Source: an uncultured Alphaproteobacteria bacterium
GTDB taxonomy: Bacteria > Pseudomonadota > Alphaproteobacteria > Reyranellales > Reyranellaceae
NCBI GenBank assembly: GCA_963766285.1
Contig: CAVXZJ010000010.1
Location: 74,250 to 138,249 of the forward strand
Reading direction: 5' to 3'
DNA length: 64,000 bases
Every line of letters starts with the position of its first letter. Position 1 is the stretch's first letter. Below, piece by piece: positions 22,931 through 32,219 of the stretch. Both the position numbers and the translations under genes were made by a program. The notes beneath the pieces were generated by a model. The model was not told the origin of the DNA and did no database searches. It was given only the letters and a program-made list of their open reading frames with translations.

Positions 22931-23773
22931 TTATGTCGTTGGAATCAGGTCGGCCAGCGCGCGGTGATCGGTGAGCCACGCCCATTCGTCGTAGCGCTTC
23001 ACGAGTTCCAGCGAATTCAGGAACTCGATCGCGCCCATCGGCCGGCCGAAGACATGCGCATGAACCGTGATGTCGAGGCAGCCGGCCGGCCGGCCGAGCC
23101 GCGGCCAGTTCGCGACGATGCGCTCGAGGATGCGCGTGAAAGCCTCCGGCTCCGCACCGTATCGGACGTAGAGCGGCATGTCGTTCACCTCCATGGTGAA
23201 GGGCACGGCCGCAATCTCGCCCGACGGCGTCCGGTGGCGATAGGGCAGGTCGGAATCGAAGAAGTCGGCATGCCAGACGAAGCCCGCCTTCGCGAGCAAT
23301 GCCGAGGTGCGCTCGCTGGGCGTGCAGCGCGGGCTCAGCCAGCCGGGCGGCGGACTGCCTGCGCTCGTGGCAATAGCACGGATGCAGCGCTCGAGGTCGC
23401 GCGCTTCTTCCTCCGGCGTCTGGTACGACGGGATGATGTTCTGCCCCCAACCGTGCGCGGCCACGACATGGCCGGCGCCGGCGATCGCGCGCATCAGCTC
23501 GGGATGGCGCTCCGCCAGGATGCCGCTCACGTAGAAGACGGCGCGCAGCTTCTGGTTCTCCAGGATGTCGAGGAGGCGCCACGCGCCGACCTTCGGCCCG
23601 TACTCCGCCCACGAGCGCGCCTGCAGGTCGAGCACGCCGGCACGCAGCGGATTGCCCATCGGGCCGATGCCGGGTGCGGAATCGTCGGTCCAGCCTTCGA
23701 GCATGACGCTCACCGAAATCGCCAGCGGCTTGTCGTTCGGCCAGCCCGCGGGCAGTGACTTGGCAGGGATCAT
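22931..23773 (-). CDS. Polysaccharide deacetylase family protein (PuuE-like)
   Basis: WPNDKPLAISVSVMLE, EYGPKVGAWRLL, VAAHG, GWLSP, HAHVFGRP. Confidence 0.85.
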   Translation of the reverse strand: MIPAKSLPAGWPNDKPLAISVSVMLEGWTDDSAPGIGPMGNPLRAGVLDLQARSWAEYGPKVGAWRLLDILENQKLRAVFYVSGILAERHPELMRAIAGAGHVVAAHGWGQNIIPSYQTPEEEARDLERCIRAIATSAGSPPPGWLSPRCTPSERTSALLAKAGFVWHADFFDSDLPYRHRTPSGEIAAVPFTMEVNDMPLYVRYGAEPEAFTRILERIVANWPRLGRPAGCLDITVHAHVFGRPMGAIEFLNSLELVKRYDEWAWLTDHRALADLIPTT

Positions 23774-23858
23774 GAAGGGCTCGCAGTCGTGGATGGACGG
23801 CGCCGAATGTGGACAATCGCAAACCGAAAGTCGATCATTCCGGCACAGGAGACGCCCC

Positions 23859-24590
23859 ATGATCGACGTTCATTACTGGCCGACACCGAACGGCTTCAAG
23901 ATCACCATCATGCTCGAGGAGTGCGGCCTGCCGTACAAGATCGTGCCGGTGAACATCGGCACGGGCGAGCAATTCAAGCCCGAGTTCCTGAAGATCAGCC
24001 CCAACAACCGCATGCCGGCGATCGTCGATCATGATTCCCTCGACGATGGTAAGGGGGGCGGCGGCGCGCCGGTCGCGGTCTTCGAGTCGGGCGCGATCCT
24101 GCAGTATCTCGCCGAGAAGACGGGCAAGTTCCTGCCAAAGGACCTGCGTGGCAAATACGAGGTCCTGCAGTGGGTCAACTGGCAGATGGGCGGCCTCGGC
24201 CCGATGGCCGGGCAGGCCAACCACTTCCGCATGTACGCGCCGCAGTTCAATCCGGTCGAGGCGCTGAAGTACGGCCAGGACCGCTACACCAACGAGGTCA
24301 ACCGGCTGTTCGGCGTGCTGAACAAGCGGCTCGCCGATCGCGACTTCGTGGCGGGCGCGATCTCCATCGCCGACTTCGCGATCTGGCCGTGGCTCGTCGG
24401 CTTCAAGAACTTCGGCCAAAGCATTGACGACTTCGAGCACCTCAAGCGCTATTTCGAGGAGACGATGGGCAAGCGTCCCGCGGTGTTGAAGGGCAAGGCT
24501 GTCGGCCTCGAGCTGCGTCCGACGCCCGGCATCAACACCGAGGAGCAGCGCAAAATACTGTTCGGCCAGACCGCCTCGGTCGTGCGCTAA
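23859..24590 (+). CDS. Glutathione S-transferase, YfcG-like
   Basis: WPTPNGFKI, FLKISPNNRMPAIVD, FESGAILQYLAEKTG, WQMGGLGPMAGQ. Confidence 0.93.
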   Translation: MIDVHYWPTPNGFKITIMLEECGLPYKIVPVNIGTGEQFKPEFLKISPNNRMPAIVDHDSLDDGKGGGGAPVAVFESGAILQYLAEKTGKFLPKDLRGKYEVLQWVNWQMGGLGPMAGQANHFRMYAPQFNPVEALKYGQDRYTNEVNRLFGVLNKRLADRDFVAGAISIADFAIWPWLVGFKNFGQSIDDFEHLKRYFEETMGKRPAVLKGKAVGLELRPTPGINTEEQRKILFGQTASVVR

Positions 24591-24611
24591 GGACGCGCCG
24601 ACGGCTGAAAT

Positions 24612-24632
24612 CGTCCCCTAGGGTAGGGGACG
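24612..24632. terminator. Hairpin between convergent genes, possible terminator
   Basis: CGTCCCCTA-GGG-TAGGGGACG, perfect 9-bp stem. Confidence 0.45.
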
Positions 24633-24738
24633 GGTAAAATGTTGACTGGCGTGCATTAAACAAAATTCGTCCCTGTTTCGCCACCCCCTCTTTTGCATTG
24701 TCTGAAATGTGTGCAAATCGGCCCGGGGCGGCCGTTGC

Positions 24739-25707
24739 TCACGCGTTGAGCTGCATCACGTCGCGCGCGGCCCGGGCGACCCGGCGGCGCAGCGCGACGG
24801 GCTGCAGAACTTCCGCTTCCCCGCCCAGTTTCAGGAGGTCGAGGGCGGCCTGCTCGATCGATTCGATGGGGATGGTCACTCTGCTCCAGCCGCCGCGCGC
24901 TTCCGGCTCGACCGAATCCTGCGCGGCCTGCAGCACCGTGGCGCCGAGCGTTTCGAGCCGCGCCATGCCGCGCTTCGACACGCGCAGGCGGGCGGTGCCG
25001 CGATAGAGGCCGATCTCGTAGGCGCGCGACGATGCCGTCCAGAAGCGCACGAGATCGAAATCCTTCGGTCGCGTGAAGCGCTCGCCGGTCGGCTGGAGAT
25101 CGACAATGTTGGAGACGCGATAGGTGCGCAGGTGCTCGGCCACCGCGGCCACGACGTACCAGGTCCCCGCCTTGAGCACGAGGCCGAGCGGCTGCAGGCG
25201 TCGCAAGACGGGCTTGTCGCTGCCGCCGCGCTTGTAGTGCACGTCGACCGAGGTCTCGCCCCACACGGCGGTGGCGATCGCCGGGAGGAGGCGTGCCGAG
25301 GCGGCGCTGCGGAACCAGTCGACCGGGTCGAGATGGAAGCGGGCGGATAACCGCCGCGCGTTGGCACGCGTGCTTTCGGGCAGCGCTGCCGTCAGTTTGA
25401 GCTGGGCCGTCGCCAGCGCATCGGCCAGCCCCATTTCCGCGGCGGGGCCGGGGAGGCCTGCAATGAACAGGGTTTCCGCTTCGGCGGGCGACAGCCCGGT
25501 CAGCTTGGTGCGATAGCCGTCGAGCAGCTGAAAGCCGCCGCCGGGCCCGCGATCGGCATAGACCGGCACCTCTGCCGCGCTCAGCTGGTCGATGTCGCGG
25601 TAGATCGTGCGCACCGAGACCTCGAATTGGGCGGCCAACTGCTCGGCCGTCAGCCGGCCGCGGTTCTGCAGCAGGAGGAGGATCGACATCAGGCGGCTGG
25701 CACGCAT
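24739..25707 (-). CDS. YafY-family HTH-WYL-WCX transcriptional regulator
   Basis: MRASRLMSILLLLQ, VSVRTIYRDI, GPGGGF, PLGLVLKAGTWYVVA, RTYRVSNI. Confidence 0.93.
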   Translation of the reverse strand: MRASRLMSILLLLQNRGRLTAEQLAAQFEVSVRTIYRDIDQLSAAEVPVYADRGPGGGFQLLDGYRTKLTGLSPAEAETLFIAGLPGPAAEMGLADALATAQLKLTAALPESTRANARRLSARFHLDPVDWFRSAASARLLPAIATAVWGETSVDVHYKRGGSDKPVLRRLQPLGLVLKAGTWYVVAAVAEHLRTYRVSNIVDLQPTGERFTRPKDFDLVRFWTASSRAYEIGLYRGTARLRVSKRGMARLETLGATVLQAAQDSVEPEARGGWSRVTIPIESIEQAALDLLKLGGEAEVLQPVALRRRVARAARDVMQLNA

Positions 25708-25725
25708 GGCGGAAAACTTAACATG

Positions 25726-25752
25726 AATACCTGACGGTTCCTGACAGGTATT
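25726..25752. promoter_or_regulatory. Candidate operator of the WYL regulator
   Basis: AATACCTG-N11-CAGGTATT perfect inverted repeat in the 78-bp divergent intergenic region. Confidence 0.6.
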
Positions 25753-25785
25753 GGCAGTTAATTTGCCGTTCGAAAGGAGACCGCC

Positions 25786-26280
25786 ATGCTGAATTCCCTG
25801 ATCGAGCGTCCGCCGACGAAGAGTCCCGACTTCGACTTCCTGATGGGGATCTGGCGCGTCCGTCATCGCTATCTGCTGAAGCGGCTGGCCGACTGCGACG
25901 ACTGGATCGAGTTCGACGGAAGCTGTGCGGCGCGCAAGATCCTGAACGGCTTCGGCAACACCGACGAAAGCGAGATCAACCTGCCCGGCAGTCCCTATCG
26001 CGGCATGAGCCTGCGGACCTGGGATCCGGAGTACGGCAGGTGGTCGATCTACTGGCTCGACTCGCGCCGGCCGGGCCGCCTCACGCCGCCGGTGAAAGGC
26101 GGGTTCGCCAGGGGCATCGGCACGTTCCACGGCGAGGACGAGCACGAGCGCCGCGCGATCCGCGTGCGCTTCGTGTGGTCGCGCATCGCGCGGGACTCGG
26201 CGCGCTGGGAGCAGGCCTTCTCGCTCGACAAGGGCGCCAGCTGGGAAACCAACTGGATCATGGACTTCATACGGATGTAA
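25786..26280 (+). CDS. DUF1579-like hypothetical protein
   Basis: DFDFLMGIWRVRHRYL, WSIYWLDS, RFVWSRI, RWEQAFS.D.G.SWETNWIMDF; AAGGAG RBS. Confidence 0.8.
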   Translation: MLNSLIERPPTKSPDFDFLMGIWRVRHRYLLKRLADCDDWIEFDGSCAARKILNGFGNTDESEINLPGSPYRGMSLRTWDPEYGRWSIYWLDSRRPGRLTPPVKGGFARGIGTFHGEDEHERRAIRVRFVWSRIARDSARWEQAFSLDKGASWETNWIMDFIRM

Positions 26281-26282
26281 CG

Positions 26283-26588
26283 ATGACCGGAAAGAGTTTC
26301 GCCGTTCTCAATGCGCGCGGTCCCGAATGGGATCATGCGAAACCGATGGAACAGCACGACGGCTGGCGCGCCCACGCCGATTTCATGAATACGCTGGTGG
26401 CGGAGGGCTTCATCCTGCTGGGCGGCCCGCTCGAGGGCACCCGCGACGTGCTGCTGATCGTTCGCGCGGAGGACGAGGCCGAAGTGACGGCGCGGCTCGC
26501 GCCCGATGTCTGGATGCTGAACGGCTTGTTGCAGCGGCGCTGGATCGCGCCCTGGAGGCTGCGATTGGGTTCGCTCGGCCACCCTTGA
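26283..26588 (+). CDS. YCII-related protein
   Basis: GWRAHADFMNTLVAEGFILLGGPL, DVW. Confidence 0.75.
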   Translation: MTGKSFAVLNARGPEWDHAKPMEQHDGWRAHADFMNTLVAEGFILLGGPLEGTRDVLLIVRAEDEAEVTARLAPDVWMLNGLLQRRWIAPWRLRLGSLGHP

Positions 26589-26646
26589 CGCTCGGGCATC
26601 CGACAACCACGTTGACGGAGCCCCAGAAGGGCGGGAGGCACCGTCA

Positions 26647-27252
26647 ATGCAGCCGGAAGAACGTGACCTGATCGCAGGCCTGTTTGGCCGTCTGAAGGCG
26701 TTCGAGTCCCAGCCGCGCGATCCCGAGGCCGATCGGTTGATCGCCCAGTCGATCGCGGGCCAGCCCGGCGCCCCCTATCTGCTGGTGCAGACCGTGCTGG
26801 TGCAGGAGCAGGCGCTGAAGGCCGCGCAGACTCGCCTTGCCGAGCTCGAAGCCAAGGCCGCTGCCGCGCCCGCTCCGGGATTCCTGGCAAGTGCGCCCAG
26901 GATCGGACCGTGGGGCGGCGCTTCCGTCCCGCCGACCCAACCCGTGCAACAGGCGCCCGCCGCGCCGGCATTCGCGCCGCAAGCCGCCGGTGGCGGATTT
27001 CTCCGCCAGGCCATGGTCACGGCGGCAGGCGTCGCCGGAGGTGCGCTGCTGTTCGAGGGCATCCGCAACATGATGGGTCACAATCCGGGGCCGTTCGGCA
27101 GTTCGGTCGCGAACGCCGCGCCGTCGCCGCTCATGCCGCCCGATCACATGCCGCCGGATCAACTGAGCTCGGCCGATCTTGCGCAGGACGATGGCGCCGC
27201 CGACGACTACGATACGACATCGGACGATTCCGGTGGATCCGACGATATCTAA
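26647..27252 (+). CDS. DUF2076 family protein
   Basis: MQPEERDLIAGLFGRL, PGAPYLLVQTVLVQEQAL, GGGFLRQAMVTAAGVAGGALLFEGI. Confidence 0.88.
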   Translation: MQPEERDLIAGLFGRLKAFESQPRDPEADRLIAQSIAGQPGAPYLLVQTVLVQEQALKAAQTRLAELEAKAAAAPAPGFLASAPRIGPWGGASVPPTQPVQQAPAAPAFAPQAAGGGFLRQAMVTAAGVAGGALLFEGIRNMMGHNPGPFGSSVANAAPSPLMPPDHMPPDQLSSADLAQDDGAADDYDTTSDDSGGSDDI

Positions 27253-27264
27253 AAGGGGGGAATC

Positions 27265-27897
27265 TTGGCGACCATAGAACTTCATACCTGGGGCACGCCC
27301 AATGGCCGCAAGGTCTCCATCATGCTCGAGGAGTGCGGATTGCCGTACAGCGTGCACAAGGTCGACATCTCCAAGGGCGAGCAGTTCAAGCCCGAGTTCC
27401 TGAAGATCAGCCCGAACAACCGCATCCCGGCCATCCTCGATCCCGACGGTCCGGGCGGCAAGCCGCTCAGCGTCTTCGAATCGGGCGCGATCCTGATCTA
27501 CCTCGCCGAGAAGACCGGAAAATTCCTGCCGAAGGATCCCGTCGCCAGATACCAGACGCTCGAATGGCTGATGTGGCAGATGGGCGGAGTCGGGCCGATG
27601 TTCGGCCAGGCCCACCATTTCCTGCGCGCGGCGCCGACCAAGATCGAGTACGGCATCAAGCGCTACGTCGACGAGGCCAAGCGCCTGTACGGCGTGCTCG
27701 ACAAGCAGCTCGCCTCGCATGCTTTCTCGGCCGGCGCCGAATACACGATCGCCGACATGGCGATCTTCCCGTGGACGGCACGGCACGAGTGGCACCAGGT
27801 GAACCTGGCGGACTTTCCCAACGTGAAGCGCTGGTACGACGCCATCAACGCCCGGCCCGCCGTGGTCAAGGGCATGGCGGTGCCGTATCTCAACTAG
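27265..27897 (+). CDS. Glutathione S-transferase, YfcG-like (TTG start)
   Basis: WGTPNGRKV, FLKISPNNRIPAI, FESGAILIYLAEKTG, WQMGGVGPMFGQ. Confidence 0.93.
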   Translation: MATIELHTWGTPNGRKVSIMLEECGLPYSVHKVDISKGEQFKPEFLKISPNNRIPAILDPDGPGGKPLSVFESGAILIYLAEKTGKFLPKDPVARYQTLEWLMWQMGGVGPMFGQAHHFLRAAPTKIEYGIKRYVDEAKRLYGVLDKQLASHAFSAGAEYTIADMAIFPWTARHEWHQVNLADFPNVKRWYDAINARPAVVKGMAVPYLN

Positions 27898-27967
27898 AGC
27901 GTGACGACTTTTCGTCGAATCACGCGCCGGCTCGGCACGGGCGCCGCTTCGCTGCGAGTCAAGCGCA

Positions 27968-28405
27968 ATGGCCCTTCGGCCATTGCGCTCCCCGGGCCGG
28001 CGCGAAAAGGTAAAGTCGTCACGCTTTAAGCCGGCCGTGCTGGCGGCGCTGTTGCTGCTGGGCGCCTGCGCTCCGCAGCAACAGGCGCCGGCCTGCGCCG
28101 CACCGCTCAAGCCCGCGGTCGAGGTCGATCTTTTCTACGGCGCGGTGAGTGACGCCGACTGGGCATCCTATCTCGCCGGGGAAGTGACGCCGCGCTTTCC
28201 CGCCGGGCTGACGGTGCTCGACGGCGCCGGACAGTGGCGTGGCCCGTCCGGCGCGATCTCACGCGAACGCTCGAAGCTGCTGATCATCGTCGTGTTCGAT
28301 GCGCCGGCGCACGTGCCCAAGGTGCAGGCGATGATCGACGTCTATCTCGAGCGTTTCCACCAGCAGGCCGTGCTGCACACCGAACACGCGGTGTGCGCGG
28401 GCTAG
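27968..28405 (+). CDS. DUF3574 family lipoprotein
   Basis: LLGAC lipobox, EVTPRFPAGLTVLDGAGQW, RFHQQAVL. Confidence 0.85.
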   Translation: MALRPLRSPGRREKVKSSRFKPAVLAALLLLGACAPQQQAPACAAPLKPAVEVDLFYGAVSDADWASYLAGEVTPRFPAGLTVLDGAGQWRGPSGAISRERSKLLIIVVFDAPAHVPKVQAMIDVYLERFHQQAVLHTEHAVCAG

Positions 28406-28923
28406 CCGAACACGAGGCCGAGCCCGATCGCGGCGATCAGCGCCCACAGCAGGTTGAACTCGGTGAAGGCCACGAACAGGGTCGCGCCGATGGTGATCGC
28501 GATGCCGAGCAGGTTCGGGTTGGAGGATTCGACCATCACGGCGCCGCTCGCCAGGATCATGCCGATCGCGACCGGCACCAACCCGTCCTTGAAGATCAGC
28601 AGCCATTTCGATCGCCCGGCACGCAGCATCAGCTTGCTCGCGGCGAAAGCCAGCAGGCAGGGCGGGACCAGGGTGGCGAGCGTCGCGGTCAGCAGGCCGG
28701 CGAGGCCCGCGACCTGCCAGCCGATCAGGCTCACGATCATGACATTGGGGCCGGGCGCGAGCTGGGCCAGGGCGAACAGGTTGGCGAACGTGCGCGCGTC
28801 CATCCAATGGTAGACGTCCACGGCCTGGCGATGCATCTCGGGCACGACCGCGTTGGTGCCGCCGAACTGCAGGAGCGACAGCCAGGCGAAAGTGCCAGCG
28901 AGCTGTTGCAGCAGGTCGCTCAT
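28402..28923 (-). CDS. Short-chain chromate transporter subunit
   Basis: FGGTNAVVPEM, ALAQLAPGPN. Confidence 0.88.
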   Translation of the reverse strand: MSDLLQQLAGTFAWLSLLQFGGTNAVVPEMHRQAVDVYHWMDARTFANLFALAQLAPGPNVMIVSLIGWQVAGLAGLLTATLATLVPPCLLAFAASKLMLRAGRSKWLLIFKDGLVPVAIGMILASGAVMVESSNPNLLGIAITIGATLFVAFTEFNLLWALIAAIGLGLVFG

Positions 28924-29467
28924 CGCCGCTGCCACCAGACCGAGGCGATCGAGAGCGGCCCCAGCACCAGGATCGCCAGCAACATCGGTAGATGGAAGAG
29001 ACCCACCGAGACGAATGCGGCGAGGCCGATCGCGATGGCCGCGATATTGGGCTTGATGCGTCGGGCGAGCTTGATCGCGGTGCCGATCACCATGCCGGCC
29101 GCGGCCGCTGCGCCCGCTGCCATCGCGGCGCCGACACCGGGCAGGCCGGCGATGTGGTCGTAGACGATCGCGATGGCGATCTCAGCACCAGGATCGGCGT
29201 ACCGGCGATCCCCAGGGCCGAAACGATCGCACCGGCGGTGCCGCGGAAGCGATCACCGATCATGATGGCGCAATTCACGGTATTGGGGCCCGGGATCACC
29301 TGGCCGACACCGAGGAGCGCCGCGTATTCGCGGTCGTCGAGCCAGCGCTTCTCCTCGACGATGATGTGCCGCGCCCACGGCGCCACGCCGCCGAAGCCGA
29401 GCAGGCCGATCTTCGCGTAGCCCAGGAAGAGCTGGAGCAGAGTGGGCGGGGTCAGCGCTCCGCCCAC
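28920..29467 (-). CDS. Short-chain chromate transporter subunit (frameshift ~29195; start uncertain)
   Basis: KIGLLGFGGV, GQVIPGPNTVN, FRGTAGA; continues in the second frame as MAAGAAAAAGMVIG. Confidence 0.82.
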
Positions 29468-30618
29468 TTGATCAGCTTTCCGACGAAGGCGTCGCACGAA
29501 TCCATTTGCGACCTGGCCACGAACTCGTTGGGCTGGTGTGCCTGCGAGATATCGCCCGGTCCGCAGATCACCGTCGGCACGCCGTGGGCGCGGAAGATGC
29601 CGGCTTCGGTGCCGTAGGGCACGGCGTAGGTGCGGTTGCCGCCGGTCCATTGCAGGGCGAGTTTCGCCGCCTCCTCGTTCTCCTCGGGCTTGAGGCCGGG
29701 TACGAAGGAACGGCGCTTGATGGTGATGTTGGCGTCGGGATGCTTGCTGCGCATTTTCGGCAGCAGCAGTTCGGCGACGTATCGTTCGGCGCGGCGCTGC
29801 ACCTCGGTGTAGTCGTCGCCGGGCAGGGTACGGTAGCCCCAGTTGAGCACGCACTCGCGCGCCAGGATGTTGCCCGCCGTGCCGCCGCTCACGATGCCGA
29901 CATTGATCGTGGTGTGATTGGGCATGGTGTCGAGATGCGGGTGCTTGCGTTGCGCCAGCTCCACCTGCAGCTCGTTCAGCCAATGGATGAACTCGCCGGC
30001 GAAGTGAATGGCGCTGACGCCGAGATGGGTCATCGAGGAATGCGCCTCGACGCCGGTGAAGGTGGCGTTGAGGCCGCCGCCGGCGTTCTGCGCGTTGACG
30101 ACGCTCATCATGGTGGGCTCGCCCACGATCACGGCCTGCGGACGCGGCACATTGCCCATCAGTTTCTCGGCCAGCGAATGCGCGCCCAGGCAGCCGATCT
30201 CCTCGTCGTAGGAGAAGGCGAAGTGCATCGGAACCTTGAGGCTCGCCTTCTGGAAGGCCGGCACATGCGCCAGCGCGACCGCGATGAAGCCCTTCATGTC
30301 GCAGGTACCGCGGCCGTAGAGCTTGCCGTCGGCTTTTTCGGTCAGGGTCCAGGGATCGGTCGTCCACGCCTGGCCGTCGACCGGCACGACGTCGGTGTGG
30401 CCCGAAAGGACGATGCCGCCCGCGGCGTCGGGACCGATCGTGGCGTAGAGGTTGGCCTTGGTGCCGTCGTCGTTCGGCACGAGGGTGCTGCTCACCCGAT
30501 GGTCGTCGAGATAGGACTGGATGTACTTGATGAGATCGAGATTGGAGTTGCGCGACGTGGTGTCGAAGGCCACCAGGCGCTTCAGCATCTCGATCGAATC
30601 GATGGGTTCCGAGGTCAT
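29452..30618 (-). CDS. argE: Acetylornithine deacetylase
   Basis: LVAFDTTSRNSNL, LSGHTDVVP, GRGTCDMKGF, DEEIGC, VGEPT, GTEAG, QAHQPNE. Confidence 0.93.
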   Translation of the reverse strand: MTSEPIDSIEMLKRLVAFDTTSRNSNLDLIKYIQSYLDDHRVSSTLVPNDDGTKANLYATIGPDAAGGIVLSGHTDVVPVDGQAWTTDPWTLTEKADGKLYGRGTCDMKGFIAVALAHVPAFQKASLKVPMHFAFSYDEEIGCLGAHSLAEKLMGNVPRPQAVIVGEPTMMSVVNAQNAGGGLNATFTGVEAHSSMTHLGVSAIHFAGEFIHWLNELQVELAQRKHPHLDTMPNHTTINVGIVSGGTAGNILARECVLNWGYRTLPGDDYTEVQRRAERYVAELLLPKMRSKHPDANITIKRRSFVPGLKPEENEEAAKLALQWTGGNRTYAVPYGTEAGIFRAHGVPTVICGPGDISQAHQPNEFVARSQMDSCDAFVGKLIKWAER

Positions 30619-30766
30619 CCGGCGAGCCTCGCATGGAACGGTCCAGGCGTCCAAATGCCTGATATTGCCTGCGAAATCGGTGGTTGGTTTGACACTTTGC
30701 CCCCCGGCCGCTAGAAGCGCCGGGCATCCGCCGTGGATATAAGTCGCCGGGGCCTTGACGGGCTGC

Positions 30767-30859
30767 GGAGGGGTGGCCGAGTGGCCGAAGGCGGCGGTTT
30801 GCTAAACCGTTATAGGGAGATAATCCCTATCGTGGGTTCGAATCCCATCCCCTCCGCCA
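30767..30859 (+). tRNA. tRNA-Ser(GCT)
   Basis: GGAGGGG/CCCTCCG acceptor arm with encoded CCA, anticodon GCT at 30801-30803, long variable arm, GGTTCGAATCC T-loop. Confidence 0.97.
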
Positions 30860-30898
30860 TTACTTTATAGGCCAGTAAAATAAGCATTTTAAGGGGGC

Positions 30899-30923
30899 CT
30901 TCCACACAGGTCTTCCACACAGG
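30899..30923. repeat. Tandem 12-bp direct repeat just downstream of the tRNA (integrase arm-site-like)
   Basis: CTTCCACACAGG at 30899 and 30912. Confidence 0.6.
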
Positions 30924-30967
30924 AACAAAGAAAGAACATTGCGGCGCGATGGTGCTAGGGTTCGCCC

Positions 30968-31165
30968 ATGATTGGGCGGGTTGCAGAACTATCGTCGGCG
31001 GAGATCGACCGCCAGTTCCCGTACACCTCGCGGGTAATCCAGCGCACGCTTTGGGAAACGTCGGACCATCTCAAGGTGAACGAGTGCCTCAGTAAAATCA
31101 CGAACGAGCATCGCTGCGGCTACTGGAACGAAGTCGGCACCTATATTCGTCTCCGAAGCTCATGA
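30968..31165 (+). CDS. Small hypothetical ORF, possibly a degenerate mobile-element remnant
   Basis: 65-aa ORF in the AT-richer patch after the tRNA; no recognisable domain. Confidence 0.3.
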   Translation: MIGRVAELSSAEIDRQFPYTSRVIQRTLWETSDHLKVNECLSKITNEHRCGYWNEVGTYIRLRSS

Positions 31166-31378
31166 CTCCTCCAATTTGGATGCAAAATATAAGGCCTTTG
31201 TTCTAGCGCCTGATATCCGAAGTGCGGGGCTGCATTGCGTCAGCTTCCGCTTGCACTGCTTGCAACCTGCAGTACGCAGTCCTAACAGTTGAGGGTCTCG
31301 GTTTGAGGGTGCTACGGCGCCAAGTGCGTGGGAAGCACCCTCCGTGCATCGGGGCGATTAGCAAGAGGGGGTATACTC

Positions 31379-32002
31379 ATGATGAAGAAGCTTCTGATCA
31401 CGTCGGCAGCCGTACTGCTGCTGGCGGCATGCCAACAGCAGCAGGCAGCCAGCCCGCCGCCTGCCGCGCCCCGGGCGCAGGGTTTCAGCGTGTACTTCGA
31501 CACCGGCCAATCGGCATTGTCGTCCGAAGCGACCGCAACTGTTGCGCAGGCGGCCGCTGCCTACAAGCAGGGCGGCGTCAACGTTGGAGTGCGCGGCCAC
31601 GCCGATACCGTGGGCAACTCGGAGTTCAACCTACAGCTCTCGCAGCGGCGCGCGGCGTCCGTGAAGGCCGCCCTGCAGAGCAACGGCGTACCGGGGTCGG
31701 CGATCCTGAGCGGCGGCGTAGGCGAGGATCTCCTGCCAGTCCCGACCGCCGAAAACGTCCCCGAGCGGCTCAATCGCACCGTCCGTATTGTCGTCGCGAG
31801 ACAGGCGCTCATGAGCGACGCGGACTATTGCCAGGCCCTCAGCGTTCTCTATCGTCGCTATCGCCCGGCCACCATCGATGAAGCGGCAGCTCACGCGATG
31901 GGCATATGCCCGACCGATCCGGCATCGGCCATTCCCGTCCTCGAGGACGCCGTCAGTCAGATGAAGATCCCGCTGCCCTCGCGCGTCCTGGCGCGCAGCT
32001 AG
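31379..32002 (+). CDS. OmpA-family lipoprotein with C-terminal two-cysteine (DxxYC...IPVLE) domain
   Basis: LLAAC lipobox; VYFDTGQS, GHADTVG..FNLQLSQRRA, NRTVRI; C-terminal SDADYCQALS...IPVLE...LPSR. Confidence 0.9.
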   Translation: MMKKLLITSAAVLLLAACQQQQAASPPPAAPRAQGFSVYFDTGQSALSSEATATVAQAAAAYKQGGVNVGVRGHADTVGNSEFNLQLSQRRAASVKAALQSNGVPGSAILSGGVGEDLLPVPTAENVPERLNRTVRIVVARQALMSDADYCQALSVLYRRYRPATIDEAAAHAMGICPTDPASAIPVLEDAVSQMKIPLPSRVLARS

Positions 32003-32021
32003 CCAACTAAACCGAAATCCG

Positions 32022-32059
32022 CGGGGGGCGGTCAAAGGTGACTCCCCCCGTTTTCGTTT
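32022..32059 (+). terminator. Rho-independent terminator after the OmpA gene
   Basis: CGGGGGG..GTCA/TGAC..CCCCCCG stem followed by TTTTCGTTT. Confidence 0.7.
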
Positions 32060-32219
32060 GCGGCTGCACGCCGTGCTCGTGCATGCCCCGCCCTGAGTAA
32101 CGCCCTTCATCATGGGCGCGGTCGTTGTCAGGGTGAAGAGCCGCTGTATTCCGTGCGCGGAAAGTTCGGTCTAGTCTTCATCATCAGCGAGGCGATGCTG
32201 ATTTAGATGGGATGGGTCG

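Noticed and set aside
32112-32174. 20-aa ORF MGAVVVRVKSRCIPCAESSV upstream of YcaO as precursor
   Set aside because: No RBS, no acidic leader motif, and too short for leader plus core.
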